A stretch of DNA of 64,000 bases from an uncultured Verrucomicrobiae bacterium (GTDB taxonomy: Bacteria > Verrucomicrobiota > Verrucomicrobiia > Chthoniobacterales > Terrimicrobiaceae): positions 576,001 through 640,000 of the forward strand of contig CAVPOC010000008.1 of assembly GCA_963706955.1 (NCBI GenBank), in the 5' to 3' direction. Shown piece after piece: positions 50,600 to 60,933 of the stretch. Each line of letters starts with the position of its first letter. Within the stretch, counting starts at the first letter, position 1. The translations under genes and the position numbers were made by a program. The notes below the pieces were generated by a model. It had not been told where the DNA came from. It made no database searches and saw only the letters and a program-made list of their open reading frames with translations.

Positions 50600-51727
50600 G
50601 TGAGTCCTAACATTATTGATGAATCGAGAATTGAAGTCGTAGGAGAAGATCGAGCGACGACGCTCGATCATGTGGACCAATACTTAATGGTGGGAAAGGA
50701 GTCCGGCGCGTCGGATGTCCATCTGGCCGTTAATTCTCGGCCCTCGTGGCGACGGTTCGGTGACCTCGAGCCGATCTGGCTCAAGGCAGCTATCTTGACT
50801 GCTGCAGATACCGAGCGACTTGCCATCGGCTTTTTGGCGGAGTCGCAGTGGCGAATTCTCGCGGACCGCGGCGACGTTGATTTTGCGTATGCAAATTCTC
50901 TCGGACGGTTTCGCGCCAGCATCGTCAAGCAGCGACTCGGATACGATCTGACGTTCCGCATCATTAACAGCCAGGTGAAGACGATGAACGAGCTGGGATT
51001 GCCTGCGCAGCTCAAGCTCCTGACTCAATATCACAATGGTCTGGTGCTGGTGACCGGCTGTGTCGGCAGCGGAAAGAGCACGACGCTAGCGGCGCTCGTT
51101 GAAGAGGTCAACCTCACGAGGCGTGACCATATCATTACGCTTGAAGATCCGATCGAGTACCTCATTCCGTCCAAAAACTGCCAGGTCACCCAACGTGAAG
51201 TCCATACTCACACGACCTCATTCAGCGCGGCACTGCGAGGCGCATTGCGTGAGGATCCCGACGTGATCATGGTTGGCGAAATGCGTGACCTCGAGACAAT
51301 ATCGCTCGCGATCACAGCTTCCGAGACCGGCCATCTGGTCTTAGGCACACTTCATACGAGTAACGCTGCGCGGACCCTCGATCGCGTGCTGGACGTCTTT
51401 CCCAATGATCAGCGCGAACAGATTCGGATTATGGTCAGCGAGTCGCTGCGCGGGATCATCAGTCAGCAGCTTGTCCCTCGCGCGGATCATACCGGGCGGT
51501 GTCTCGCCATGGAAATCCTCATGAACAATCCAGCCGTAGGAAACCTCATTCGAGAAGGAAAGACTTTCATGCTTCCGGGTGTCATCCAAACAGGTAAGAA
51601 GCAAGGCATGATCCTGATGGATGATTCCCTCCTCCAGCTATGCGAGGCAGGTCTCATTTCTCCAGAGGAAGCCCTGTTTCGCGCGGAAGATAAGTCCACG
51701 ATGAGGCACACTTTGGGATTCAAATAG
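50600..51727 (+). CDS. pilT: PilT/PilU-family type IV pilus ATPase
   Basis: ASDVHL, GCVGSGKSTT, ITLEDPIE, ALREDPDVIMVGEMRD, GHLVLGTLHT. Confidence 0.9.
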   Translation: MSPNIIDESRIEVVGEDRATTLDHVDQYLMVGKESGASDVHLAVNSRPSWRRFGDLEPIWLKAAILTAADTERLAIGFLAESQWRILADRGDVDFAYANSLGRFRASIVKQRLGYDLTFRIINSQVKTMNELGLPAQLKLLTQYHNGLVLVTGCVGSGKSTTLAALVEEVNLTRRDHIITLEDPIEYLIPSKNCQVTQREVHTHTTSFSAALRGALREDPDVIMVGEMRDLETISLAITASETGHLVLGTLHTSNAARTLDRVLDVFPNDQREQIRIMVSESLRGIISQQLVPRADHTGRCLAMEILMNNPAVGNLIREGKTFMLPGVIQTGKKQGMILMDDSLLQLCEAGLISPEEALFRAEDKSTMRHTLGFK

Positions 51728-52876
51728 ATGCCCTATATCGACCATTTCTTTCAGGTCTTGATTGAAGCGGGAGGATCGGACCTCCACCTCGCGCAGGGTC
51801 AACCTCCGAAGATCCGCCGGCATGGCGAAATCCTGCCCATCCGGGACGAGCCGCTTACTCCGGAAGAGATGTCTTTCATGCTGAGCGAGATTTGTTCGGC
51901 GGCGCGCTGGCAGCGGTTCGAAGAACTTGGCGACTTAGATTTCGCCTACGAGATGGATGAAGAGAACCGCTTCCGGGTCAACTATCTCAAGCAAGTTCAT
52001 GGATATGGCGCTGTCTTCCGCATCATTCCGACGAGGATCAGGACGCTTGATGAGTTGGGAGTTCCACCGGTGGTCAAAACTTTCGGTGAAATGCGCGGAG
52101 GCATCGTTCTCGTAACGGGACCGACTGGCTCCGGAAAGAGCACCACGCTGGCCGCTTTGATGGACTACATCAATAGCAACTATTCCCGTCACATTATCAC
52201 CATCGAAGAACCCATTGAGTTTGTGCATCGCAACAAGCGCAGCATCATTACGCAGCGGGAGGTGCCGGAGCACTCCGTCACTTTCCCTGCAGGGCTGAAA
52301 GCCGCCCTGCGCGAGGATGCCGACATAGTGCTCGTCGGAGAGATGCGCGATTTGGAAACCATTTCCCTCGCTTTGACAGCGGCCGAAACCGGACTGCTCG
52401 TCTTTGGCACGCTCCATACCAATAACTCGCGCAAGACGGTTGACCGAATCATCGACGTCTTCCCGGCGGACCAACAAGCCCAGGTGCGCACAATGTTGGC
52501 GGCTTCGCTGCGCGGAGTCGTCGCTCAACTGCTCCTCAAGAGAGCCGACGGAGCAGGTCGAATCGCGGTACACGAGATTCTCGTCTCGAATAGCGCTGTC
52601 GCCGCCATCATTCGCGAAGGGGCAACTCAAAAACTTCAGGATGTAATCGTCGCAGGAAAAGGTGAGGGAATGCAATTCATGGACGACGCCATCTGGTCCG
52701 AACTCGTCGCGGGCAATACCTCACCGCACGAGGCTTACATGAAGGCCATCGATAAGCATCGCTTTAAGCCGTTCCTGCCCGCGGAAGAAGCGGACCTTGC
52801 GCTCGCGGCCGGAGCCTACGACGAACAACCCGCGAAAAACGAAAAGACGAGGCGGCCGTTGCTGGCCCGAAGGTAG
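51728..52876 (+). CDS. pilT: PilT-family type IV pilus retraction ATPase (second paralog)
   Basis: GSDLHL, GPTGSGKSTT, ALREDADIVLVGEMRD, AIIRE. Confidence 0.9.
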   Translation: MPYIDHFFQVLIEAGGSDLHLAQGQPPKIRRHGEILPIRDEPLTPEEMSFMLSEICSAARWQRFEELGDLDFAYEMDEENRFRVNYLKQVHGYGAVFRIIPTRIRTLDELGVPPVVKTFGEMRGGIVLVTGPTGSGKSTTLAALMDYINSNYSRHIITIEEPIEFVHRNKRSIITQREVPEHSVTFPAGLKAALREDADIVLVGEMRDLETISLALTAAETGLLVFGTLHTNNSRKTVDRIIDVFPADQQAQVRTMLAASLRGVVAQLLLKRADGAGRIAVHEILVSNSAVAAIIREGATQKLQDVIVAGKGEGMQFMDDAIWSELVAGNTSPHEAYMKAIDKHRFKPFLPAEEADLALAAGAYDEQPAKNEKTRRPLLARR

Positions 52877-52934
52877 CCGTTTTCAAAAAATTTGGTTGCT
52901 CTGAAAGCAGTGCGGCCGCAGGGCGAAGAATTAT

Positions 52935-52988
52935 TGTAGCGACCGTATCCCCACGGTCAGCGTCGCCGGCGGGGACACCTGCGCTACA
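52935..52988. repeat. REP-like palindromic intergenic element
   Basis: TGTAGCG...CGCTACA terminal inverted repeat enclosing the hairpin GACCGT-ATCCCC-ACGGTC. Confidence 0.45.
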
Positions 52989-53113
52989 GTCCACGGTCAA
53001 GGCGTTCGCCATGGAAAGCGCGACAGCCGTCATCATGATTGCTGAAGGGGGTTGGAGAAAGGCGGTAGATTCTCCTGCGGCTTGACCGCCGGGACGACAG
53101 CGGGAATGCTCGG

Positions 53114-53866
53114 GTGATGCCCGCGGAGTTCATACTTGTGGACATCAGTAACTCATTCACGAAGGTTGCCTTTTCCGGCCGCGAGCGTCTTGGTCGCACC
53201 TTCCGCCTGCCTACTAACGAACTTACCGTCACTTCATTGCGCAGGATTCTGAGAGGTCGTAAGGCGAGACATGCCGTCGTCGCATCGGTTGTTCCGCCCC
53301 GCAACAGTATGGTGGCAAAGGCCCTTCCATCACCGATCTGCTGGGTAAATCACAAGATCCTCCTTGGGGTAGGCGTGGACTATCCAAAGCCAGAGACGAT
53401 CGGCGCCGACCGGCTCGCCAATGCCGCGGCCGCCGTCGTCCTCTACGGCTCGCCGTCTATCGTTGTGGACTTCGGAACGGCGGTCACTTTCGACGTTATC
53501 TCGCCAAAGGCAACATATGTTGGCGGGGTCATCGCCCCCGGGCTTGGAGCGATGACTGACTACTTACACCGTCGGACGGCGCTTCTGCCACGTGTCAAAC
53601 TTCGTGAACCGCATCGAGCCATTGGCCGCAATACAGCGGAAGCGATGCGGGCCGGGGCGGTCTATGGCTATCGGGGTCTTGTCTCCGAAATTCTGCGACA
53701 ACTTTTGAAGGAAATCCCATCCCAATTTCAGACGAACCTGATCGCCACCGGAGGCGATGCCAAGCTCATCGCCGGGAGCACAGGTCTTTTCTCCGCGATT
53801 GCGCCCGCCCTTACTCTGGAGGGACTTCGTCTCATTGGATGCCTAAATTTTCCCGCGCGAAGCTAG
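53114..53866 (+). CDS. coaX: Type III pantothenate kinase
   Basis: VDISNSFTK, ASVVP, IGADRLAN, VDFGTAVTFD, GGVIAPG, ATGG, LTLEGL. Confidence 0.95.
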   Translation: MMPAEFILVDISNSFTKVAFSGRERLGRTFRLPTNELTVTSLRRILRGRKARHAVVASVVPPRNSMVAKALPSPICWVNHKILLGVGVDYPKPETIGADRLANAAAAVVLYGSPSIVVDFGTAVTFDVISPKATYVGGVIAPGLGAMTDYLHRRTALLPRVKLREPHRAIGRNTAEAMRAGAVYGYRGLVSEILRQLLKEIPSQFQTNLIATGGDAKLIAGSTGLFSAIAPALTLEGLRLIGCLNFPARS

Positions 53867-54668
53867 CTTTCGGCTCTTCAACGTCCAACGAAACAGCCGC
53901 CGCTGGAGCTTCCCGTCCGGACCGTTCCATCCCGCGCGGATCGTCGAGGCGAAGCAACTCCAGAGTTCCGTCATAGGTTTCCACTATCGCGGTGCAACTC
54001 TCGACCCAATCTCCAGTATTGTAATAAGTGACACCTTGGATCTCGCGAACCGCCGCCGTATGGATGTGCCCGCACAAGACTCCGTCAACCTCGAAATCGC
54101 GCGCGTAACGAACAATCGCCTCTTCAAACTGGCTGATAAAACCAACAACGTTTTTGACCTCGGCTTTGACGTAGGCGCTGAGTGACCAGTAGCCGAGTCC
54201 GCAACGCCGGCGGATAAAATTGACCACGCCATTGCCTCGCAGGAGGAGTCGATACCCTAGGTCGCCCACGTGGGCGAGCCAGCCAAGATTCTGCACCACC
54301 GTGTCTAGCTCGTCACCATGCATCACCAATAGTCGGCGTCCTGTCGCCGTCAGGTGAACAGCATTCCTTTGCAACGTGATGCTCCCATAATTTCCCTGAA
54401 AGCGCTCAAGGAACTCGTCATGATTTCCTACGATGTAGATTATCTCGGTGCCTTTACGCCCCTTGCGCAAAATCTTTTGAATGACGTCGTTGTGCTCTTG
54501 TGGCCAATAAATCGCCCGCCGCAATGCCCAAATGTCGATCAAATCCCCCACCAGATATAGGGTTTCGAATTCGGTCTCGCGCAGGAAATTCAAGAGGTCC
54601 GTCGCTCTGCTCCCTCGGGTCCCCAGATGCACGTCGGAGATCCAACCGGTTCGATAATAGGTCATCAA
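53832..54668 (-). CDS. UDP-2,3-diacylglucosamine diphosphatase-like metallophosphoesterase
   Basis: ISDVHLG, LVGDLID, GNHD, HGD, CGHIH, NTGDWVES. Confidence 0.88.
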   Translation of the reverse strand: MMTYYRTGWISDVHLGTRGSRATDLLNFLRETEFETLYLVGDLIDIWALRRAIYWPQEHNDVIQKILRKGRKGTEIIYIVGNHDEFLERFQGNYGSITLQRNAVHLTATGRRLLVMHGDELDTVVQNLGWLAHVGDLGYRLLLRGNGVVNFIRRRCGLGYWSLSAYVKAEVKNVVGFISQFEEAIVRYARDFEVDGVLCGHIHTAAVREIQGVTYYNTGDWVESCTAIVETYDGTLELLRLDDPRGMERSGREAPAAAVSLDVEEPKASFARENLGIQ

Positions 54669-54807
54669 TATGGGAATTATTCACAAATTGTTCACAGTGC
54701 GATTTGCAATCAAACCGGTTTTTGTAACAATTCCGCCATACACGCCGATGGGTCGCCGAATTCCGCTCGAACCGGGGCGAGAAAACACATAGATTAACCG
54801 ATACGAC

Positions 54808-55359
54808 ATGACAGACGATTTCGAATGGTATTGCCTGCGGACGAAGCCTCGGAACGAGAGAATCACCAGCAGCATGCTCAAGGTAGAGACTGGGATCGAG
54901 GTGTTTTGTCCATTCGTACGTTTCGAGCGAGCTCGCCGCTCGGGCAAGCTTTGGGTAACCGAGGCCATGTTTCCTGGCTACGTTTTCGCCAGGTTTCGGT
55001 ATGTATCGCAAAACCGACACGTTCGCGCGGGGCGTGGGGTGGTCAAGATCGTCACCTTTGGAGATATTCCCGCGCGAGTGGCTCCGGAGATTATCGGCGA
55101 ACTGCGTAATGCGGTGCAGGATCAGGAGACAATCGTCATCGAGCCAGGCATAGAAGTCGGTGAAGAGGTCAACGTGATATCGGGACCATTTCGCGGATTG
55201 CGGGCCGTCGTCAGCCGCGTCATGCCAGCGCGCGAACGCGTCGCCGTCTTGCTTGAAGTTCTCGGCATGGAGCGCGAAGTGGAAGTCGCCTTTGACACGG
55301 TGATAGCTGATATTCCGCATCCAATGACACGGGCCTCCGCCCAGCAATCGCCCAGGTGA
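54808..55359 (+). CDS. NusG paralog, RfaH/UpxY-like antiterminator
   Basis: WYCLRTKPRNE, AMFPGYVF, GVVKIVTFG, KOW motif GEEVNVISGPFRGL. Confidence 0.88.
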   Translation: MTDDFEWYCLRTKPRNERITSSMLKVETGIEVFCPFVRFERARRSGKLWVTEAMFPGYVFARFRYVSQNRHVRAGRGVVKIVTFGDIPARVAPEIIGELRNAVQDQETIVIEPGIEVGEEVNVISGPFRGLRAVVSRVMPARERVAVLLEVLGMEREVEVAFDTVIADIPHPMTRASAQQSPR

Positions 55360-56207
55360 CCAGCCCGACGACCATTGCTCTCGACCTGGCTGCAGATGGC
55401 GTCACCAAATTAGATTTGCGTCACGAGGACTGCGTCGATGGCCTGAGATCGTTAGAGAATGAATCCGTCGACGTCATCGTCACTTCTCCTCCGTATAATA
55501 TCGATACAAAGTACAGGAGTTACAACGACCGTGGCGGCAGGAGCGAGTATCTGGATTGGTGTTGTTTGTGGGGAACGGAGCTCAGCCGCGTGCTCCGCGC
55601 TGAAGGCTCCCTTTTCCTCAATGTCGGAGCGACTCCTTCAAACCCCTTGTTGCCGCATCAGCTGGTGCTGAGATTCAGCGACTTTCTGGTCCTGCAGAAT
55701 ACAATCCATTGGATCAAGTCCATTTCGATTGCCTTGGAACGTGGAAGCCATTTTTCCCGGGGTCATTTCAAGCCAATCAAATCGCCGAAATTTTTAAACG
55801 GCTGTCAGGAGTTCCTCTTCCATTTTAGCAAGACCGGCGGGGTCAAGATCGATCGACTGAGCATAGGTGTGCCCTATCAGCACAAGTCCAATATTAAACG
55901 CTGGAACCACACGCAGGGGCGGGACAAACGGTGTCGTGGTAATACATGGTTTATCCCCTACAAGACGATCCACAATCGGGATAAGCAGCGGCCTCACCCG
56001 GCCACGTTTCCGGTGGAATTGGCGGAAAATTGTTTCCGCCTTCACGGCATCACCGCGCAGACGGTCGCGCTGGACCCTTTCCTGGGGCTTGGCAGCTCAG
56101 CGATCGCCGCCCGAAACTGTGGGATTCCCACCTTTATCGGCTTCGAGATCGATGACCACTATCTAGGCATCGCGGAGGAACGACTGTTAGGAGGTGGGAG
56201 CACATAA
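55356..56207 (+). CDS. Orphan beta-class amino DNA methyltransferase (N4-C or N6-A)
   Basis: DVIVTSPPYN motif IV precedes HPATFP and DPFLGLGSS motif I. Confidence 0.9.
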   Translation: MTSPTTIALDLAADGVTKLDLRHEDCVDGLRSLENESVDVIVTSPPYNIDTKYRSYNDRGGRSEYLDWCCLWGTELSRVLRAEGSLFLNVGATPSNPLLPHQLVLRFSDFLVLQNTIHWIKSISIALERGSHFSRGHFKPIKSPKFLNGCQEFLFHFSKTGGVKIDRLSIGVPYQHKSNIKRWNHTQGRDKRCRGNTWFIPYKTIHNRDKQRPHPATFPVELAENCFRLHGITAQTVALDPFLGLGSSAIAARNCGIPTFIGFEIDDHYLGIAEERLLGGGST

Positions 56208-56319
56208 GAATGGCGTAAGACGCGCCGGCCCGCGTCCCATGCCGAGGCTTTGTCCCAGCGACCGGAGAAATCCCGTTGCGATAGGAGCTACAAATGCCAA
56301 TACTGTCCCCGGAGGCTCG

Positions 56320-57702
56320 ATGTTTGTTCCCCGCCTAGCCAGCTTCTGTTCCGCGCTGCTGTTGTGCGCGACAACTCCGTCGTCTGCTGCACAATCAGGG
56401 AGCGGCTTTGTTGTCCAGAAACGCGCAGGCGTGGTTTTCGTCAAACCACAGCCGTGGTCGAGGGATAGCGAGGCTACCGTGTTCGAGTTCCAAGCTTTTA
56501 TTAATCGGACGGCAGATGGCGGCTTCGGCGCAGGTTACTATGAGTTTCAGACGAAGAGCGCTGATCGTTGGCAGATCCCCACCGCACGCATCGTCAAGCT
56601 GGTCATCTACCCCGACGTTCAAGAATTCGGAGACATTGTCGGACAACAGGACCGACGCTTATTGGTTTCCGCGATCGAGGAATTGGACCGAGTTGCCGGT
56701 AAGTATCCCTCCTCGCGCCCTTATCTGGAACCTTCCATCGAAAAGCTTAATGACGAGATCGCGCAGTTCGACTCCGGCAACGTGAAAAGCCAGGGCGTCT
56801 GGATGTCCAGAGAAAGCTACATCAAACGCCTGGCAACGAAGCTTGCCGGTCAGTTGAAAGCAGAAATTGCCCGTGCCCAGCCGCCGAGTAGCATCAACCT
56901 GGAGGACGATCCCAAATTCATCAGTCTAAAGGATCTTGGCGGAACGAATGCGGATGCCCAGCGCCTCGCCACAGAGCTTTCAACGCATTTGGAGGCACTG
57001 GTGCGCGATGAAAGGCGCACGGATCTGCTGGGTAAGCTTGCCCGGCCATCCACCACATTGTCGGAGGCCAGGGTTATCGTGGAACAACTCAAAGCGCTGC
57101 GACCCCGTGAGGATCCCAAGGCCGCGGCCTTCGTAAAAACATGGGACTTCGGTCTCGCCGCCGCCGAAGCTGCGCGCGCCGAGGCGGACGAGATTTGTGC
57201 CGCGCTGGAACGAGAACTCGCAGACTTTAGCGCGGAGGGTCTGCCGACTATTTCCGCCGAGCTCGACAAGCAGATTTTTGCACTCAAGGGGAAAATCACG
57301 CGGTTCATGGCGACCAAGCCTCCCAGCCAACTCGTCGCCATCACTGAACGAGCCGCAGCCATCTGCGAGACAGAAGCGGATTTCACAAAACTGAAGGCCA
57401 TCTTTGTCGGAAAGCAATACCTCGAGGCGAAGGATGTCCTGGATGATTTGGCTGGACGAGCCGGACTTGTCGGTCCGGAAACCGTGCGCGTGGTTGCCAC
57501 CCTGCAAAGATCGACAGTCGAGAGAATCGAGGAATTCACGCGACTGAGAGCTGAAGGAAAACTGCTGGCCGAGTCCGGAAAGAAGCTCGAAGCGCTCGAA
57601 AAATTCGATGCGGCGTTCGCGGTTGTTCCGGATGCTGAGGTCGGCCAGCAAATTTCCCAACTCAAAGAGGAAGTCTCCGCGGTCTCTTCCAAAGTGCGAT
57701 GA
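56320..57702 (+). CDS. Exported helical hypothetical protein
   Basis: GGAGG RBS, signal peptide MFVPRLASFCSALLLCA..., long helical body with TPR-like C-terminus. Confidence 0.65.
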   Translation: MFVPRLASFCSALLLCATTPSSAAQSGSGFVVQKRAGVVFVKPQPWSRDSEATVFEFQAFINRTADGGFGAGYYEFQTKSADRWQIPTARIVKLVIYPDVQEFGDIVGQQDRRLLVSAIEELDRVAGKYPSSRPYLEPSIEKLNDEIAQFDSGNVKSQGVWMSRESYIKRLATKLAGQLKAEIARAQPPSSINLEDDPKFISLKDLGGTNADAQRLATELSTHLEALVRDERRTDLLGKLARPSTTLSEARVIVEQLKALRPREDPKAAAFVKTWDFGLAAAEAARAEADEICAALERELADFSAEGLPTISAELDKQIFALKGKITRFMATKPPSQLVAITERAAAICETEADFTKLKAIFVGKQYLEAKDVLDDLAGRAGLVGPETVRVVATLQRSTVERIEEFTRLRAEGKLLAESGKKLEALEKFDAAFAVVPDAEVGQQISQLKEEVSAVSSKVR

Positions 57703-57743
57703 TTCGGCTTGAGACGGAGACGCCGCCGCCCATCATGCGGTGA

Positions 57744-58166
57744 ATGGAGAGCTCTGATCGCCTCACGATTTCCACTGAAGTCCAGGTCATGTATTTCGAC
57801 ACCGATGCTGCCGGTGTCGTGAATAATATCGCCTACCTGCGCTTCATCGAGACCGCCCGGACGCTGCTTGCCTTGAAAATGGGCATGAGCTTCAAGGAGA
57901 TCGCCCGCACGGGAATTCACCCTGTGGTGGTTCGCACTGAAATCGTTTACAAGAAAGCTGCTCTGCTCGGAGATGTCCTGACGATAAACGGCGGTATTGC
58001 AGAATCGTCCGGCGCTCGCTTTTGGGTAAATTTTGAAATCACCCGTCGCGAGGATGACCAGCTTCTAGTCACATGTCGCCAATCTCTGGCCCTCCTTCAG
58101 ATGCCCGAGGGCCGGCCGGTTCGCCTCCCCGTGGGTTTTCCGAACAAAGTATCCCTGGCGCCGTGA
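57744..58166 (+). CDS. Acyl-CoA thioesterase (4HBT/YbgC hot-dog fold)
   Basis: FDTDAAGVVNNIAYLRFIETAR. Confidence 0.9.
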   Translation: MESSDRLTISTEVQVMYFDTDAAGVVNNIAYLRFIETARTLLALKMGMSFKEIARTGIHPVVVRTEIVYKKAALLGDVLTINGGIAESSGARFWVNFEITRREDDQLLVTCRQSLALLQMPEGRPVRLPVGFPNKVSLAP

Positions 58167-59860
58167 GCACTCGAGGGGGCTGGCAACTGGCTCTGCTAAT
58201 CGCGCTGGCCTTCGCGCTGGCTGTCGGGACGGCGGGCTGGGGCAGTCTTTACAACGAGACCGATGGCCAATACGGAGGGGCTGCCAAAGTAATGGTGCGG
58301 AATGGATCGTGGTTGATTCCGGAGAATGACGGCATCCCACGGCTGGTCAAGCCACCTCTGCTTTATTGGGCGCTTGCCGCGTCGATGACGCTTTTTGGCG
58401 TGAACGAATTCGCGGCTCGCTTGCCGAACGCTTTGGCGGTGGTCGCCTGGGTGGCAATCACCTTCTTAATCGGACGGGAGATGGGCGGCACTTCTCGTGG
58501 TTTGCTCGCGGGTATCGTTCTGCTCACCTCAATGGGCACATTTACTCTTGGGCGTATCGTCATGCCCGAGCCAATGTTTTCAGCTTTGATCGCGGCGGCA
58601 CTCTACTGTGTGCTGCGCGGAGTTGATGATGTCGCGTGGCGCGCTGCATGGTTCCTCGGCTTCTGGTTCTTCGCCTCACTGGCGAGCTTCACGAAAGGGT
58701 GGCACGGCCTGCTTTATCCCCTCGCGATTACGGGAGTTGCCGCGCTGTTCCGCAGGGAAAACAGAATTAACCTTCGGGGATTAATCTCATGGCAGGGCGC
58801 TCTCCTCTTCTTGCTGATTAACCTTCCCTGGTACATTTACGTGGAGTTCCGCTTTCCTGGTTACCTTCACAATCTTCTGGTCGCGGAGCAGCTTGGTCAT
58901 GTGATTGGAGCAAGCACGCCTGCCACGCACTATGCGAACGTTCCGCGGTTGCAATTTCTGCTCCTGCAGCTGGCTTGGCTGTTTCCTTGGTCGCTGGCGA
59001 TACTTGCCGCCGTTCCGATCGCCACCAGGTCCGTGCTGCACCGTTGGCGTCTGCCGACGAGCTTTCCGAGTTTGGTCATCTTGGCTTGGTTCGCGGTAAT
59101 CCTCGGCTCGGTCTTAATTGCCGGACAGAGACAAGATTACTATGCGATGGCCATGTGGCCGACAGTTGCGCTAACGGTGGCGTGGCTGATGGAACGCTTA
59201 CGCATTCAGCCCTTGTTGGCAGCATCCGCCCTCCTCTTTGCCGTCGCTTTGGCCGCGGCGAATTCGATGCCGAGCATCGCCGAGGACCCTGCTTCCGTAG
59301 CCCTGGTTGAGCGAGCCACCGCCTGGGCAACGCTCGCCAGTTTCGACCGCGCGATTTGGGCTGCCCTCCAGACAACGGCGTGGCTCTCCCTCGGCGGAGC
59401 CGTGCTTTGCGTCCTTTTCGGGCTTTTCGGCTGGCGGCCCACCATCAAGGTGGGAGCCATCGTCGCTTCCGCAGTCTGCCTGGATCTGGGCGCGGTTAGC
59501 GGGACGGCGCTCGTTTCGCCCTACTTTTCGTTGGCGACCGTGGCGGCCGATATTTCCGAGCGAACTCCGATCGTCTACGACGGGGGCATCGATACAGCCA
59601 GCAGCTTGTTATTTTACAGCGATTCACCCGTCATCCTCCTTGATCAGGATCCGAACGATGATTTCGTCGTCCGAAAGTTTGGAATTGGCCGCGACCGATA
59701 CCTGACTAGCTCGGAATTTGTGGCCTTTTGGAAATCTGCCAGTCGAACCGTATTCATTACCGATGAGAGCAAACTGGCGGGTTGGCAAGAGGTCCTCGGC
59801 GTGGCCTTGGATCGCGCAGCGCAGAGTGGCACGCAGATCCTCGTCAAGAAAACGCCGTAA
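58163..59860 (+). CDS. ArnT/PMT-like membrane glycosyltransferase
   Basis: PRLVKPPLLYW, FGVNEFAARLP, FTKG, LPWY, LFPWS; GTGA overlap with the thioesterase. Confidence 0.85.
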   Translation: MSTRGGWQLALLIALAFALAVGTAGWGSLYNETDGQYGGAAKVMVRNGSWLIPENDGIPRLVKPPLLYWALAASMTLFGVNEFAARLPNALAVVAWVAITFLIGREMGGTSRGLLAGIVLLTSMGTFTLGRIVMPEPMFSALIAAALYCVLRGVDDVAWRAAWFLGFWFFASLASFTKGWHGLLYPLAITGVAALFRRENRINLRGLISWQGALLFLLINLPWYIYVEFRFPGYLHNLLVAEQLGHVIGASTPATHYANVPRLQFLLLQLAWLFPWSLAILAAVPIATRSVLHRWRLPTSFPSLVILAWFAVILGSVLIAGQRQDYYAMAMWPTVALTVAWLMERLRIQPLLAASALLFAVALAAANSMPSIAEDPASVALVERATAWATLASFDRAIWAALQTTAWLSLGGAVLCVLFGLFGWRPTIKVGAIVASAVCLDLGAVSGTALVSPYFSLATVAADISERTPIVYDGGIDTASSLLFYSDSPVILLDQDPNDDFVVRKFGIGRDRYLTSSEFVAFWKSASRTVFITDESKLAGWQEVLGVALDRAAQSGTQILVKKTP

Positions 59861-59908
59861 GAATCTTGGTTTCGCAGACCGTCTAGATCATGTTTATTCA
59901 CTCGCCAT

Positions 59909-60829
59909 ATGGAAAATGTGATCATCGTTGGGACGGGATGCGCCGGACTAACCGGCGCGATATACGCCGCCCGCGCCAACCTTTCACCTCTGGTCCTTGA
60001 AGGTCGGCAACCGGGAGGCCAACTGACGACTACCACGGCCGTGGAAAATTATCCCGGCTTTCCGGACGGAGTCGACGGGCCTGATCTCATTCTGCGGATG
60101 CATCAACAGGCCGAGAAGTTTGGGGCTCGGTTCGAATACGGCACAGTGGAAGATTTCGAACATGTCGACACACACAGCAGGATCAAAGTGGATGGCCACT
60201 GGCGCGACACGAAGGCGTTGATCGTCGCCAGCGGCGCTTCTCCTCGTTACCTCGGTCTGGATCGTGAAAAGGAATTGATCGGACATGGGCTCACCTCCTG
60301 TGCGACGTGCGATGGCGCCTTCTACCGCAACGTGCCCGTTTGCGTTGTTGGAGGGGGAGATTCCGCGTGCGAAGAGGCAATTTTCCTGACCCGATTCGCC
60401 TCACGGGTCTATCTAATCCACCGGCGCAACGAATTGCGCGCCTCGAAGATCATGGCCGACCGGACGCTCGCCAACCCAAAAATCGAACCGATCTGGGATA
60501 CGGTGATCACCGAGTATCTGAAGGACGATGCCGGCGAAATGCGGGCAGTAAGACTTAAGAACGTCAAGACGGGCGCGTCTAGCGAACTCGAAGTCAAATG
60601 TGTTTTTATTGCTATTGGCCATGTGCCCAATACTTCTCCATTTCAAGACAAGCTCGACATGGACGAAAATGGCTACCTCATCCAGCGAAACGGCACCCAC
60701 ACGAATCTCGCCGGTGTTTTTGCTGCCGGTGACGTCGCAGATCATGTCTATCGCCAAGCTATCACGGCGGCAGGTGAGGGGTGTGCCGCCGCAATGGATG
60801 CTGAACGCTGGCTTTCAGAACAAGAGTAA
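59909..60829 (+). CDS. trxB: Thioredoxin-disulfide reductase
   Basis: GGQLTTTTAVENYPGF, CATCDG, VGGGDSACEEA, FAAGDV, QAITAAG. Confidence 0.96.
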   Translation: MENVIIVGTGCAGLTGAIYAARANLSPLVLEGRQPGGQLTTTTAVENYPGFPDGVDGPDLILRMHQQAEKFGARFEYGTVEDFEHVDTHSRIKVDGHWRDTKALIVASGASPRYLGLDREKELIGHGLTSCATCDGAFYRNVPVCVVGGGDSACEEAIFLTRFASRVYLIHRRNELRASKIMADRTLANPKIEPIWDTVITEYLKDDAGEMRAVRLKNVKTGASSELEVKCVFIAIGHVPNTSPFQDKLDMDENGYLIQRNGTHTNLAGVFAAGDVADHVYRQAITAAGEGCAAAMDAERWLSEQE

Positions 60830-60933
60830 AAGCCTGTCGCCCCAACCAGAGCACGCTAGTTCCAGATCGTGAAAGAGGTGCCCATGGCCAATAATATCGA
60901 TGTTAACAAGAGGCGATTACCCCCGCTGCTGCC

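Noticed and set aside
50600..52876. Tandem PilT ATPases as a novelty
   Set aside because: Paired PilT/PilU paralogs are common.
53061..53072. ops-like GGCGGTAG before coaX as a target of the RfaH-like protein
   Set aside because: It lacks the downstream TG of the ops consensus, precedes a single short gene, and the same 8-mer occurs inside the ISL3 transposases.
56850..57920. Long antisense ORF (356 aa) and similar shadow ORFs elsewhere
   Set aside because: Ser/Arg-rich mirror translations of real genes in GC-rich DNA with no recognisable motifs.
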